DNA from: an uncultured Bacilli bacterium
Lineage (GTDB): Bacteria > Bacillota_I > Bacilli_A > RFN20 > CAG-449
NCBI GenBank assembly: GCA_947632435.1
Contig: CANRPC010000001.1
Span: 75,986-139,985, forward strand
DNA: 64,000 nt
Direction: 5' to 3'
Positions 46,438 through 57,312 of the stretch are shown one piece after another (the stretch's first letter is position 1; every line of letters starts with the position of its first letter). Position numbers and translations under genes: made by a program. Below the pieces are notes generated by a model. The model was given only the letters and a program-made list of their open reading frames with translations. It did no database searches and was not told the DNA's origin.

Positions 46438-47636
46438 AAAAAATATTACTTTTAGGATTTGGAAAATCAAATAAAGCAGTTTATGAATATTTAAAAGATG
46501 ATGAAAATAATTTAATTGAAGTTATAAGTGATGAAGATAAAATAAAAATTAAAAAATTTTATCAAAATTTATCATTATATGATTTGATATTTCGTTCACC
46601 TGGTATCAGTTTATTTAATAAATTATATTTAACAAGCAAAGAATTAGCAAAAGAAGTGACTAATGAAATTGATTATGCTTTACATATTTTAAATAAAGAA
46701 AATGTAATTGCTGTTACAGGAAGTGATGGAAAAACTAGTTTAGTAAGTTTAATTGAACACACCTTAAATTATTATAAAAAAGCAAAAGCCTTTGGCAATA
46801 TTGGTACAACTTTAATAGATAAATTAGCTAAAGCTCAAGAAAACGATTTTATTATCGTTGAACTTTCTTCCTTTCAAATTGAAAATTTAAGTTATGAATT
46901 TCCTTTAGGAATTATAAAAAATTTACATCCTAATCATCTAGATACTTATAAAAGCAAAGAAATTTATTTTGCGAGTAAACTTAAATTAATTAATCATGTT
47001 AAAAATTTAATAATAGGAAATGAATTTAATTATAATTTAAATAAAGAAAAAATCTTACCTTATAACATTTATAAAAAAGGACATTATATATATGAAAATA
47101 ATGTGAAATTGCTTGATATAAATAAACTTAATTTTCAAGATACAACTTTTATTGATAATGTAATTATAACGTTAAAAATCTTAAAATTTTATAATTTTAA
47201 ATATTATCAAATTGAAAATATTTTCAATACTTTTAAAGGAATTAAATATCGACTTGAAAATTTAGGAACTTATAATAATATAACTTTTATAAATGATGGT
47301 AAATCATCAACAAGTTCAGCTTCAAGATATGCTTATAATAATTATAAAGGTAAAAAAATTTTAATTTTAGGGGGAATACATAAATCTCAAAAATTTAATT
47401 TTAAAATTCAAGATCAAGATGAAATTTATATTTATGGATTACATAGAAATAAAATTAAAAAAGAATTAAAAAAAGGAAGGACATTTAAAACATTAAAAGA
47501 AATTCTTTTAAATATTTCTTTACAAGGTAAAATGACGATAATTTATTCTCCAGGATGTTCTTCATTTGATCAATATACAAATTATATAGAACGTAGTCAA
47601 GAATTTGAAAAGTGGGTAAAACAATGGATAAAGTAA
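46434..47636 (+). CDS. murD: UDP-N-acetylmuramoylalanine--D-glutamate ligase (MurD)
   Basis: ATG 46434 overlaps the mraY stop (ATGA). IAVTGSDGKTS is the Mur ligase P-loop. Position between mraY and ftsW. Confidence 0.85.
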   Translation: MKKILLLGFGKSNKAVYEYLKDDENNLIEVISDEDKIKIKKFYQNLSLYDLIFRSPGISLFNKLYLTSKELAKEVTNEIDYALHILNKENVIAVTGSDGKTSLVSLIEHTLNYYKKAKAFGNIGTTLIDKLAKAQENDFIIVELSSFQIENLSYEFPLGIIKNLHPNHLDTYKSKEIYFASKLKLINHVKNLIIGNEFNYNLNKEKILPYNIYKKGHYIYENNVKLLDINKLNFQDTTFIDNVIITLKILKFYNFKYYQIENIFNTFKGIKYRLENLGTYNNITFINDGKSSTSSASRYAYNNYKGKKILILGGIHKSQKFNFKIQDQDEIYIYGLHRNKIKKELKKGRTFKTLKEILLNISLQGKMTIIYSPGCSSFDQYTNYIERSQEFEKWVKQWIK

Positions 47637-48700
47637 GAAAATATTCAAGAAATGCTTTAATTGTTACATTTTTAATTCTTATTTTTGGTGTCTATATGGT
47701 TTACGATGCTTCATATGTTTGGGCGGAATATAAATATGAAGATCAATATTATTTTGTAAAACGTCAAATTTTATTTGCTATCATTGGTATTGTTTTATTT
47801 TTTATCGGGAAAAAAATATCATTAGATTTTTTAAAAAAACATGTCAATAAATTATTATTTCTTTCTTTTGTTTTATTAATTTTAGTTTTAATACCAGGTA
47901 TTGGCTTAATAAGAGGGGGATCATCTTCGTGGTTAGGATTTAGTTTTTTTTCTTTTCAGCCAAGTGAATTTTTTAAAATTGCCATAATTTTATATTTTGC
48001 TAAATTTATTGAAAAAAATTATCAAGATACAATTAAATTAAAAACGATTCTTTTACCTTTATTCATTGTTTTTTTTGGACTTTTTTTAATCATGCTTCAG
48101 CCCGATTTTGGCACTTCAATGGTTATTTTAGCCTCAATTATTATTCAAATGTTTGTCACAAGATTAAAATTTCGTTATTTTATTATTTCTTTTTTCTTTT
48201 TAATCGGATTTGTTACTTTACTTATTGTTTTAGCCCCTTATCGTGCTTTAAGAATTACTTCATTTATTGATCCATTTAAAGATCCATTAGGATCAGGATT
48301 TCAAATGATTCAATCACTTTTTGCCATTTCCCCTGGTTCATTATTAGGACTTGGAGTTTCTTCATCAATTCAAAAATTTTATTATTTACCAGAACCTCAA
48401 ACTGATTTTATTTTTGCTATTGTTGTTGAAGAATTTGGCTTAATAGGAGGATCAATTTTACTTTTTATGTATGGATTTTTATTTTATAACTGTTTTCAAA
48501 TTATCAAAAATAGTTTAAATCGTTTTAAATTATATTTTTCTCTTGGCCTTCTTGCTTTATTTCTTGTGCAAGTATTAATTAATTTAGGTGTCGTTACTTC
48601 ACTTTTACCAGTTACAGGAATAACTTTACCATTAGTAAGTTATGGGGGAAGTTCTTTATGCGTCTTGTTATTTTCATTAGGACTTATGCTTCATGAATAA
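47624..48700 (+). CDS. ftsW: SEDS-family cell division/sporulation protein FtsW/SpoVE
   Basis: About 10 TM. Position between murD and murG. The start may be GTG 47612 or ATG 47624. Confidence 0.8.
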   Translation: MDKVRKYSRNALIVTFLILIFGVYMVYDASYVWAEYKYEDQYYFVKRQILFAIIGIVLFFIGKKISLDFLKKHVNKLLFLSFVLLILVLIPGIGLIRGGSSSWLGFSFFSFQPSEFFKIAIILYFAKFIEKNYQDTIKLKTILLPLFIVFFGLFLIMLQPDFGTSMVILASIIIQMFVTRLKFRYFIISFFFLIGFVTLLIVLAPYRALRITSFIDPFKDPLGSGFQMIQSLFAISPGSLLGLGVSSSIQKFYYLPEPQTDFIFAIVVEEFGLIGGSILLFMYGFLFYNCFQIIKNSLNRFKLYFSLGLLALFLVQVLINLGVVTSLLPVTGITLPLVSYGGSSLCVLLFSLGLMLHE

Positions 48701-49643
48701 AAAAATATTATTATGTGGATCATCTACAGGTGGTCATGTTTATCCAATATTTGCTTTAGGGGAAGAATTAAAAAAGGAATATGATATAACATATTTAGGA
48801 ATTAAAGGACAATTTGAAGAAAGGATATTTAAAGATAAAGCCATTTATTTAAAAGTAAAAAAGAATGTCAAATCTTTAATTTTTGATAAAGATAGTAGAA
48901 AAGAAATTAAACAATATCAAAATACATTAAATAAATTTGATATTTACATTGCTTCAGGAGGAATTGCCACTTATTTAATAACCAGATTTTCTAAAAAAAA
49001 GCCATTATATTTATTAGAGCAAAACGTTATATTAGGTGATGCTAATTTATTATTTGCTTTTAAAGCAAAAAAAATTTTTTTGAGTTATAAAATAAATTCG
49101 ATTTTTAATTTTAAACAAAAACTTGTTGGTAATCCATCTTATCTTCGTTTTAAAAATAATAAAAGAATAAAAAATAAAGTTATTTTTATGTTTGGCTCAT
49201 TATCATCTAAATCACTTACGGAAAAAAGTTTAAATTATTTTTTATCACCATTTTTTTTAAAAGAATATGAATATATTTTAGTAAGTAAAGAAAAAATCAA
49301 ACTTAATAATAATATAAAAGTTATTCCATATTTAAATGTTGAAGAATATTTAGATAGTTCAAATATCTTTTTTTCGCGGGCTGGAGGATCTGCCTCTTAT
49401 GAACTTATGAAATATAATGTTAAAGTTATTTTTGTACCTTCACCATATGTAAAACATCATCATCAAGAAAAAAACGCTCTTTTCTTTTTCAAAAACTTTA
49501 ATTACCCTTATATTTTAGAAAAAAATTTTACTCCTTTAAATATTCAAACCGCTATTTTGAAGATAAAAAATCAAGAATTTTCTTCCTTTCAAGAATTAGA
49601 CACTTATAAACTAATAAAAGGAACAATAGATGAAAATATTTAA
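48693..49643 (+). CDS. murG: UDP-GlcNAc:undecaprenyl-PP-MurNAc-pentapeptide GlcNAc transferase (MurG)
   Basis: The N-terminus ILLCGSSTGGHVYPIFAL is the MurG G-loop. dcw position. Confidence 0.85.
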   Translation: MNKKILLCGSSTGGHVYPIFALGEELKKEYDITYLGIKGQFEERIFKDKAIYLKVKKNVKSLIFDKDSRKEIKQYQNTLNKFDIYIASGGIATYLITRFSKKKPLYLLEQNVILGDANLLFAFKAKKIFLSYKINSIFNFKQKLVGNPSYLRFKNNKRIKNKVIFMFGSLSSKSLTEKSLNYFLSPFFLKEYEYILVSKEKIKLNNNIKVIPYLNVEEYLDSSNIFFSRAGGSASYELMKYNVKVIFVPSPYVKHHHQEKNALFFFKNFNYPYILEKNFTPLNIQTAILKIKNQEFSSFQELDTYKLIKGTIDENI

Positions 49644-50472
49644 CAATAAAAGTATTAAAGAATATTCCTATATAAAAGTAGGTGGTATAGTTAAAAAAAT
49701 AATTTTTGCTTATAATGAAAAAGAATTATTAAATGCTTATTATAAATACCCTAATTGTTTAATTTTTGGTAATACTTCTAAAACCTTATTCGCGTTTGAT
49801 TATTTAGATAGAGAAATAATATTTGATCGAAATAAATATATAATTGATTTAAAAGATAAAGTTTTAATTGGAAGTGGAACACCTCTAAATCAAATTGGTA
49901 ATTATTTTTTTCAACATAATTTATCTGGATTTAGTCAAATTATGACAATTCCAGGACTTTTAGGTGGTTCTATTTGTCAAAATGCCTCCTGTTTAAAGCA
50001 AAATATAAGTGATAATTTAATTGATGTTACATTTTATGAAGATAACATGATAAAAACTTTAAAAAAAGAAGAATTAATTTTTTCTTATCGTTCTTCTTAT
50101 TTTAAATTTCATAAAACTTTAATTTTACACGCTAGTTTTAAAAAAATATTTAAAGAAAAACAATATTTAAGACAAGAATATGAAGAAAGTTTAATAAAAA
50201 GAAAAACACAGCCCTTAAATGAAATAAATTTAGGTTCGATTTTTAAAAATAAAAAAAATTTTCAAGTTGCAAAGATTTTAGATGAACTAAATTTAAAAGG
50301 ATTTTCTCTTAGTAAAGATGTAAGTATTTCCCAAAAGCATCCTAATTTTTTAAATATAAAAAAAGATTGTTCATATAAACAAATTTTACTTTTAATAAAT
50401 ACCATTTTTGTTATATTATATAAACAGAAAGGCATAATATTTCCTTTGGAAATAATTATTATTAAAGGATAA
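49630..50472 (+). CDS. murB: UDP-N-acetylenolpyruvoylglucosamine reductase (MurB)
   Basis: 280 aa in the dcw position after murG. FAD-binding-like N-terminus (IKVGG). Assignment is partly by synteny. Confidence 0.65.
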   Translation: MKIFNNKSIKEYSYIKVGGIVKKIIFAYNEKELLNAYYKYPNCLIFGNTSKTLFAFDYLDREIIFDRNKYIIDLKDKVLIGSGTPLNQIGNYFFQHNLSGFSQIMTIPGLLGGSICQNASCLKQNISDNLIDVTFYEDNMIKTLKKEELIFSYRSSYFKFHKTLILHASFKKIFKEKQYLRQEYEESLIKRKTQPLNEINLGSIFKNKKNFQVAKILDELNLKGFSLSKDVSISQKHPNFLNIKKDCSYKQILLLINTIFVILYKQKGIIFPLEIIIIKG

Positions 50473-50479
50473 AAGTTAG

Positions 50480-51388
50480 ATGAAGCAAAAAGAAAGTTTT
50501 TCCAATGATATTCAAGATAAATTATTTCGTCATAAAACATCTTTTTTTGTGCGTCTAGCAATATTTGGTTTTATCGATATTTTAATTTTAATATATTTTA
50601 TTTCTCCTTTTTCTAAAGTTAATGGTTTTTCTTTAGAAGGTAATTATTATTATGAAAAAAATGAAGTTTTGCAAATTTTAGGGCTTAATAATAATACTTA
50701 TCTTTTTGATGTTGATAAAAAACATTGTGAAGAATTAATTATTAAACATCCTTTATTTGATGAATCTTGTAAAATTAAAATTACACCTTTTAATTTATCA
50801 TTATCTTTAGAAGAAATTGCCTTGACATATAAAGATAAAAACAATAACGTTTATCTTTCAAATGATGCTCTTCTTGATGATAATTTAAAAAATAATCTTT
50901 TAGTTAACGAGAAAATTAAACTTGAGATGAATAATATTCCTATTTTATTATTAGATAATACTAAATATGAAGTTAACAATTTATTAAAAAAATTATCTCT
51001 TGCTATATGTGGATATTATAATGCTAAAATTGATTATTTAGATTATCGTCTTTCTTCAGAAGGAATAAATGGTGATTTTTACTTATATTTTCCGATAAAT
51101 GATATTATAAAAGAGAAATATTTTAATGGAAAAGATGGAAATTTTGCTTTTGTCATCGATGCTTCATCAGTTAAATTTTATTTAAATAAAAATGAAACTT
51201 TAAAAGATTTAGCAAAATATATTATTAAATTTTATCATGATTTAAATGATGATGTTATCACAAGAGTTAATATTGAAAAGGCAACTTTAAAAGAAGAAAA
51301 AATTCTTGATAATGATTTAAGTATTCGTTATTTTCGCTTAAAATATTCTTATGAGAATAAGAAAATTACTATTTTGGCTTTGGAGTAG
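50480..51388 (+). CDS. divIB: Cell division protein DivIB/FtsQ
   Basis: Single N-terminal TM after a basic segment, about 300 aa, located immediately upstream of ftsA. Confidence 0.55.
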   Translation: MKQKESFSNDIQDKLFRHKTSFFVRLAIFGFIDILILIYFISPFSKVNGFSLEGNYYYEKNEVLQILGLNNNTYLFDVDKKHCEELIIKHPLFDESCKIKITPFNLSLSLEEIALTYKDKNNNVYLSNDALLDDNLKNNLLVNEKIKLEMNNIPILLLDNTKYEVNNLLKKLSLAICGYYNAKIDYLDYRLSSEGINGDFYLYFPINDIIKEKYFNGKDGNFAFVIDASSVKFYLNKNETLKDLAKYIIKFYHDLNDDVITRVNIEKATLKEEKILDNDLSIRYFRLKYSYENKKITILALE

Positions 51389-51397
51389 GAGAAATTT

Positions 51398-52555
51398 ATG
51401 GAAGATAATGAAAAACATGTAATAATAGAAATTGCCTCTAAAGAAATAAGAATAATGGTTGGATTTGTTCTTGAAGGTAAAGTTCATGTTATAAGTCTAA
51501 TGAAAGAAAAATGTTCAGGTGTTCATAATGGTATGATTAACGATGAAGATGAAGTTAGTAATACCTTGATAAATTTGATTGAAAAGACAGAAACATTTTG
51601 TAAAATGAAAATTGATTCTTGTTCTTTAATAATTCCACCTCTTGCCTTGACATCTATAAATAATTCTGGCAAAACGTGTACAATTTCTAATAATGGAGTC
51701 AGTTCAATTGATATTCAAAACGCGATAAAAATCGCTGAAAATGTAAATTTAAGTGGCGATTTAACAATTATTGATACAATACCACTTTCTTATATACTTG
51801 ATGAAAAAGTAGATGAAGTATATAAATTACCACCTTTAAATCGCCCAGCAAAACAAGTAATGGTTCAAGTTTTAGTTTATGCTATGTCTAATAAAATTTT
51901 ACAAGAATTTAAAAATGTGGTATTTAAAGCAAATATCAAGATTAACAATTTAATTTCAGCACCTCTTGCAATCGCAAATTATTTTAGTTTAATTGATAAT
52001 TTTCCACATGATTATTTTATTTTAAATATTGGTAGTGAGTTAACTAATTTTGCTTTTATTAAAGACAATATAAAAATAATTGATAATTCTTGTTATCGTT
52101 TTGGATCAAATTATATTAATGATATATTTACTAAAAAATTTTCTCTTAATGATAATTTAGCAGAAAAATATAAATTAATTTATGGTCTTGATGAAAATCC
52201 ATCATTTCCATTTAAACTTGAAAATGGTGTAACTTTATCGATGATGAAAAAAGAAATCATTGAAGCAATGGAAAATTCAATATTGAGTAAAATATTTAAA
52301 GAAATAGAAACGATTTCTAAAAGTGAAAATAATATGATGTATTTATATTTAGTGGGAGGTGGAGCAAAGCTTAAAGGATTATGTTCTTATTTTAAAGACC
52401 ATAATATTGACGCTTTATATCCTGAAATTAATGTTATTGGAGCTCATGATATAAGTTATGTAACATTACTTGGTGGAATTGTTTATAGTAGTAAAAAAGG
52501 TGTTAAAAAAACTGAAGAGAAAAAGCCTAATATTGGCTTAGCAAGAGTAAAATAG
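51398..52555 (+). CDS. ftsA: Cell division protein FtsA
   Basis: Actin-fold motifs (YLVGGGAKLKG), immediately upstream of ftsZ. Confidence 0.85.
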   Translation: MEDNEKHVIIEIASKEIRIMVGFVLEGKVHVISLMKEKCSGVHNGMINDEDEVSNTLINLIEKTETFCKMKIDSCSLIIPPLALTSINNSGKTCTISNNGVSSIDIQNAIKIAENVNLSGDLTIIDTIPLSYILDEKVDEVYKLPPLNRPAKQVMVQVLVYAMSNKILQEFKNVVFKANIKINNLISAPLAIANYFSLIDNFPHDYFILNIGSELTNFAFIKDNIKIIDNSCYRFGSNYINDIFTKKFSLNDNLAEKYKLIYGLDENPSFPFKLENGVTLSMMKKEIIEAMENSILSKIFKEIETISKSENNMMYLYLVGGGAKLKGLCSYFKDHNIDALYPEINVIGAHDISYVTLLGGIVYSSKKGVKKTEEKKPNIGLARVK

Positions 52556-52564
52556 GAGGTTAAA

Positions 52565-53632
52565 ATGGAAGAATTTAATTTTGATGCATTTGATTCATAT
52601 ACAAAAATTGTGGTAATTGGTGTTGGAGGTGCTGGATCAAACGCTGTTAATCGAATGATTGAAGATCATATAGCCAATATTGATTTTTGGGTTTGCAATA
52701 CAGATGCTCAAGCTTTAGCAACATCAAAAGCCGCTCATAAATTTGTTCTTGGAAATGAATTAACTGGTGGTTTAGGTGCAGGCGGTGATCCAAAAGTTGG
52801 CCATGATGCCGCGGAAGCATCTAGTGAAGATATAAAAGAAATTGTCGAAGGAGCAAATATTGTATTTGTCGCTGCTGGTATGGGTGGAGGTACTGGTACT
52901 GGTGCTGCTCCTGTAATAAGTCGAATTGCTCGTGAAGCTGGAGCTTTAACTATCGCAGTAATTACTCGTCCTTTTAATTTTGAAGGCAAAAAACGTAAAA
53001 TTAATGCAGTTCAAGGCATTAATGATTTAAAAGAAAATGTTGATGCTTATATTATTGTATCTAATGATAAAGTGATGTTTGCCAATGGCTCTAATGGCTT
53101 TGTTCAATCATTTAAAGAAGCTGATAAAGTTTTATCTCAATCTGTACGTACAATTACCGATTTGATTACTATTCCTGGACTTATTAATCTTGATTTCAAT
53201 GATATAAAAAATACCTTAAAAGATAAAGGTATTACTCTAATTGGCTATGGATCAGGAAAAGGTGAAAATAAAGCTCAAGAAGCTGCCGCGGCAGCATTAT
53301 GCACTCCATTTTGTGAAGTTGCTATTAATGGAGCAAAATCAGCAATTGTAAATATTACAGTAGGTAAAGAAACAACAAATTATGATGTTCAAGAAACTAT
53401 AAATTACATTTCAAATTCAATGTGTGGTGATAAAGATATTATATTTGGTGTACAACAAAATGATGAATTAGATGATGAAATATTTGTCGCAGTCGTAGCC
53501 ACAGATATTGATGAAGAATTAATAAATGAAGAAAGCCCATTAATTAGAAAACCTGTTTTAGAACAAGAAGATGAAGAAGATGAAGAGGATAATATTTTAC
53601 CAAATTTTTTAAGTAAGGAGGATTTAAAATGA
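52565..53632 (+). CDS. ftsZ: Cell division GTPase FtsZ
   Basis: [10 protein letters not shown], tubulin signature [11 protein letters not shown], and an acidic C-terminal tail. Confidence 0.95.
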   Translation: MEEFNFDAFDSYTKIVVIGVGGAGSNAVNRMIEDHIANIDFWVCNTDAQALATSKAAHKFVLGNELTGGLGAGGDPKVGHDAAEASSEDIKEIVEGANIVFVAAGMGGGTGTGAAPVISRIAREAGALTIAVITRPFNFEGKKRKINAVQGINDLKENVDAYIIVSNDKVMFANGSNGFVQSFKEADKVLSQSVRTITDLITIPGLINLDFNDIKNTLKDKGITLIGYGSGKGENKAQEAAAAALCTPFCEVAINGAKSAIVNITVGKETTNYDVQETINYISNSMCGDKDIIFGVQQNDELDDEIFVAVVATDIDEELINEESPLIRKPVLEQEDEEDEEDNILPNFLSKEDLK

Positions 53633-53880
53633 TAGAATTTCGTTATGACACACAACTTTTAATTGAAGGTAAAAATCTTGATGAAGATAAAATAAATGAA
53701 TATTTTTTAAATAATTTTAAAGGTGATTGCCTATTAGCGGTTGGAGATGATGAATTAATTAAAATTCATTTTCATACTAATGAACCATGGAAAGTGCTTG
53801 AATACTGTGTCACGCTTGGTGAAATTTATGACATTGTCATAGAGGATATGGATCGACAATCTCGTAATTTACATGGTTAA
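53629..53880 (+). CDS. Small hypothetical protein (83 aa) between ftsZ and spoIIGA
   Basis: ORF overlapping the ftsZ stop. No motif recognised. Confidence 0.3.
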   Translation: MIEFRYDTQLLIEGKNLDEDKINEYFLNNFKGDCLLAVGDDELIKIHFHTNEPWKVLEYCVTLGEIYDIVIEDMDRQSRNLHG

Positions 53881-53959
53881 AAAAAATTAACATTTAATAT
53901 ATACTTCGACAAATAATTTCTTTGCTATCGTATACAATCTACTTAAAGGGGGAAAATAT

Positions 53960-54703
53960 ATGATAGCGTTTTTTTATTTATCTAGTTTGATTAATTTCAT
54001 ACTCGCTGTAACATCTTTAGCATGTCTAAGATTAATTTGTTTAAATCAGTTACATAAAGGAGTAAGTATAATTTATATTCTTTTTCATTGTTTATTTGTT
54101 TATTTAACTTATTTAAATGAGCTTTTAAGTTTTTTATTTATCATTTTCTTTACTTTAGCATTTCATTATTTTTTAAACAAAAAATATTTTTTTACTAATA
54201 GTTTAATTTATTTATTTTTCTACTATGGAATAGGATTATTTTTATCGACATTATCAGATTCTATGATCTTAATAAACGGAGCATTAATTTTAACTTCTTC
54301 AAAAGGTTTACTTATTAGTTTACTTATTCCTCTTTTTGGACTATTGATGTTATTTTCCTCTTTAGTCGTTGATAAAACCTTTCACCTACATAATTATCAA
54401 GAAACAATTTATTTAACAATTGGAAATAAAACGGTAGAATTAAAAGGATATTATGATACTGGTAATACTTTGACATATAAAAATACTCCTGTGATTTTCT
54501 TGAATCAAAATTTATTTCCCAATGAAGAATTTCAAGAAGAAATGGATTTTGAAACAATTATTAGTCATGGTAAGACTTTATTAGCAAAAGGATTAGTAAG
54601 TTTAAAAGGGCAAAAAGATGAATTTTTTGTCTATGTAGCAAAAAATTATTCAATACATGATTATCATGGTTGTCAATTATTATTAAATGCTTATTTATTT
54701 TAA
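53960..54703 (+). CDS. spoIIGA: Sporulation sigma-E processing peptidase SpoIIGA
   Basis: Five N-terminal TM helices. C-terminal aspartic protease motif GYYDTGNTL. Immediately upstream of sigE. Confidence 0.8.
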   Translation: MIAFFYLSSLINFILAVTSLACLRLICLNQLHKGVSIIYILFHCLFVYLTYLNELLSFLFIIFFTLAFHYFLNKKYFFTNSLIYLFFYYGIGLFLSTLSDSMILINGALILTSSKGLLISLLIPLFGLLMLFSSLVVDKTFHLHNYQETIYLTIGNKTVELKGYYDTGNTLTYKNTPVIFLNQNLFPNEEFQEEMDFETIISHGKTLLAKGLVSLKGQKDEFFVYVAKNYSIHDYHGCQLLLNAYLF

Positions 54704-54715
54704 AGGAGTTAAAAT

Positions 54716-55402
54716 ATGTTAAAAAATCTCTTTAAAGATTTATTTGGTATTTTAAAAGGCGAAGTAAATTACATTAATGGATCATCATCTTTACCTCCTC
54801 CTTTAGAAAAAGAAGAAGAAGATAAAGCTCTTCAAGAATATGAACAAGGTTCTTTAGAGGCAAGAGATAAATTAATTGTTCATAATCTTCGACTTGTTGT
54901 TTATGTTGCTAAACGTTATGAAACAAATGCCTTTAATCTTGAAGATTTAATTTCTATTGGAACATTAGGATTAGTTAAAGCAATTCAAACGTTTAAATAT
55001 GATAAAAATATTAAATTAGCAACTTATGCTTCAAGATGTATAGATAATGAAATCTTAATGTTTTTAAGAAAAAAATCACGTTTAAAAAATGAAGTTTCTT
55101 TAGATGAACCTTTAAAATGTGATTATGATGGAAATGAATTATTATTGAGCGATATCTTATCAGAAAATGAAAATCTTATAACGGATGGAATCGATTCTGA
55201 TGAAGAAAAAGAAGATCTATATGAGGCAATTGAAAAATTAAAACCGCGGGAAAAAGAAATTCTCTCGATGCGTTTTGGGCTAAATGGATCTAAAGAATAT
55301 ACGCAAAAAGAAACCGCGGAGATTTTAGGTATATCGCAATCATATATATCTCGTTTAGAGAAAAAAATTATAAAAAAGCTTAAAGTTTGTTTAAAAAAGT
55401 AA
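54716..55402 (+). CDS. sigE: RNA polymerase sporulation sigma factor SigE (pro-sigma-E)
   Basis: Pro-sequence then sigma-70 regions 2 and 4 (LVVYVAKRY, region 4 ILGISQSYISRLEKK). Confidence 0.85.
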   Translation: MLKNLFKDLFGILKGEVNYINGSSSLPPPLEKEEEDKALQEYEQGSLEARDKLIVHNLRLVVYVAKRYETNAFNLEDLISIGTLGLVKAIQTFKYDKNIKLATYASRCIDNEILMFLRKKSRLKNEVSLDEPLKCDYDGNELLLSDILSENENLITDGIDSDEEKEDLYEAIEKLKPREKEILSMRFGLNGSKEYTQKETAEILGISQSYISRLEKKIIKKLKVCLKK

Positions 55403-55426
55403 GTTCTTCTCAAAATAAGTTTTGAG

Positions 55427-56203
55427 GTGAACTATGTGTCAAAGTATAAAGTAAATATAAACTTTATCAATACATCAAAACTTAAAACTTTAACAAGTGA
55501 AAAAACAAAAGAATTAATAAAAAAATATAAAGAAGGTAATCCTTCTTTAAAAGAGGAGGTGGCATTAGGTAATACAAAGTTAGTTTTAAGCGTGGTAAAT
55601 CGCTTTAGTAAAAAAAATATTAATCTTGATGATATTTTTCAAGTTGGATTTATAGGTTTAATAAAAGCTATAGATAATTTTGACTTAAGTCTTAATGTTG
55701 CCTTTTCTACTTATGCTGTTCCAATGATTGAAGGAGAAATAAGAAGATATTTACGTGATGATTCTTCATTAAGAGTTTCAAGACAAATTAAAGATTTATC
55801 ATATCGAATTTTAAAAAGTAAAGAACAATTTGCCCAAGAATATTCTTATATACCTTCACTTGAAGACTTACAAAAAGTTTTAAACGAAGATAAAACTAAA
55901 ATTGTCGAAGCTCTTGATGTAAATATCCCTTTAACAAGTTTAGAAGAACCTATTTATAATGATTTTGATGATTCTTTACTTCTTGAAGATACTTTGTTTT
56001 CTCAAGATGAAATGCGAAAACAAATGTATGCTTATTTATATGAAGGAATCGAGGCCTTAAATCCTTTAGAGAAAAGAGTTATCATCGAAAGATATTTTAA
56101 TGGAAAATCACAATTAGATTTAGCATCAGAATTAAATATTTCTCAAGCTCAAGTTTCACGTATTGAAAAATCAGCTTTGTCAACCTTAAAAAAATATGTT
56201 TGA
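55427..56203 (+). CDS. sigG: RNA polymerase sporulation sigma factor SigG
   Basis: Sigma-70 family (FQVGFIGLIKAIDNFD, ISQAQVSRIEK). Follows sigE as in Bacillus/Clostridium. GTG start. Confidence 0.8.
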   Translation: MNYVSKYKVNINFINTSKLKTLTSEKTKELIKKYKEGNPSLKEEVALGNTKLVLSVVNRFSKKNINLDDIFQVGFIGLIKAIDNFDLSLNVAFSTYAVPMIEGEIRRYLRDDSSLRVSRQIKDLSYRILKSKEQFAQEYSYIPSLEDLQKVLNEDKTKIVEALDVNIPLTSLEEPIYNDFDDSLLLEDTLFSQDEMRKQMYAYLYEGIEALNPLEKRVIIERYFNGKSQLDLASELNISQAQVSRIEKSALSTLKKYV

Positions 56204-56444
56204 TAAAATTAAAAAAAATGAAGGAATTGAAATCCCTCCTATTGTGTTTTTTGCTAATAAATATGAAGATTTAGATAAAATTATTGCCTCTTTAGAAACA
56301 GGACATAATGTAATTGTCAATGTAAAAAATCTTGATGATAAAATGAAATATCGCTTACTTGATTTTTTAACAGGTTATGCTTATGCTATGCACATTAAAA
56401 GAGAAAAATTAGAAACGTGGATTTATCTTTTTAAAGTTAATTAA
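56196..56444 (+). CDS. sepF: Short SepF-like cell-division protein (core domain only)
   Basis: VIVNVKNLDDKMKYRLLDFLTGYAYAM aligns with the B. subtilis SepF core [27 protein letters not shown]. 82 aa. Confidence 0.5.
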   Translation: MFDKIKKNEGIEIPPIVFFANKYEDLDKIIASLETGHNVIVNVKNLDDKMKYRLLDFLTGYAYAMHIKREKLETWIYLFKVN

Positions 56445-57298
56445 TAATATTTACTGACGGCAAATGCTCCATATAGACCAGCATCTTGATCAAAACTTGC
56501 ATCAACAAAATTAATTTTATTAAATACGGTATTCTTTAATAATGAATCGACTTTGTTTTTTAACATTGAGAAAAAATATTCTTTTGATTTCATCATCCCA
56601 CCTGATAAAATGACACAATCGACATTATATATAACTTGTAAATTGTAAAAGAATTTAGCAAGTAAAGTTGTATAATCATCTAAAATTAATTCTGCTTTTT
56701 TATCGTTATTTTTAATTTTTTCAAAAAAGGAATGAGCATCATTAATTTCATAGTTATTAAGTATACTTAATCTTACAATACCATTGCCTGATAAAAGATA
56801 TTCTACATCGTAATCTTTATCTTTATAAGTAATTAATTGATGACCTACTTCAAATGGTAAATTAATTAGTTTTCCTTGATAAATTAATCCTGCACCAAGA
56901 CCAGAAGAAATAGTTACAAATAAGAAATTTTGATATTTATCTTTAATACCTAATTTGGCTTCCGCAAGAGCAGAAGCATTTGCATCATTTATAATTTTTA
57001 TTGGTAAAGAAAAATCATGTTCTAGTCTTTCTTTTAAATTTAAACCAGTTACATTTAAATTTGGAGCGTATGTAATAACTCCATTATTTTCTTGTCCACA
57101 TAAAGAAATGCCAATTGCTTGAACATCATAATTATTTAATTCAAGTTTAAGAAGCATTTTTTTAATTTGTTCATATAGTTTTTCTTTAAAATCATGTATA
57201 GATTTTTCTTTAAAAACATTAATTATTTTTGCATTTTCATCAAAGAGAGAAACACGTAAATTTGTTCCTCCTAAATCAATTCCAACATAATATTTCAT
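56441..57298 (-). CDS. glcK: ROK-family glucokinase
   Basis: N-terminus YVGIDLGGTNLRVSLF (ROK ATP-binding), about 285 aa. Confidence 0.8.
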   Translation of the reverse strand: MKYYVGIDLGGTNLRVSLFDENAKIINVFKEKSIHDFKEKLYEQIKKMLLKLELNNYDVQAIGISLCGQENNGVITYAPNLNVTGLNLKERLEHDFSLPIKIINDANASALAEAKLGIKDKYQNFLFVTISSGLGAGLIYQGKLINLPFEVGHQLITYKDKDYDVEYLLSGNGIVRLSILNNYEINDAHSFFEKIKNNDKKAELILDDYTTLLAKFFYNLQVIYNVDCVILSGGMMKSKEYFFSMLKNKVDSLLKNTVFNKINFVDASFDQDAGLYGAFAVSKYY

Positions 57299-57312
57299 AA
57301 ATTAATCCTAAA

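Noticed and set aside
53629-53880. Assigning the 83-aa post-ftsZ ORF to a known family (DAK2/YlmC-like)
   Set aside because: No convincing motif match from memory. Left as hypothetical.
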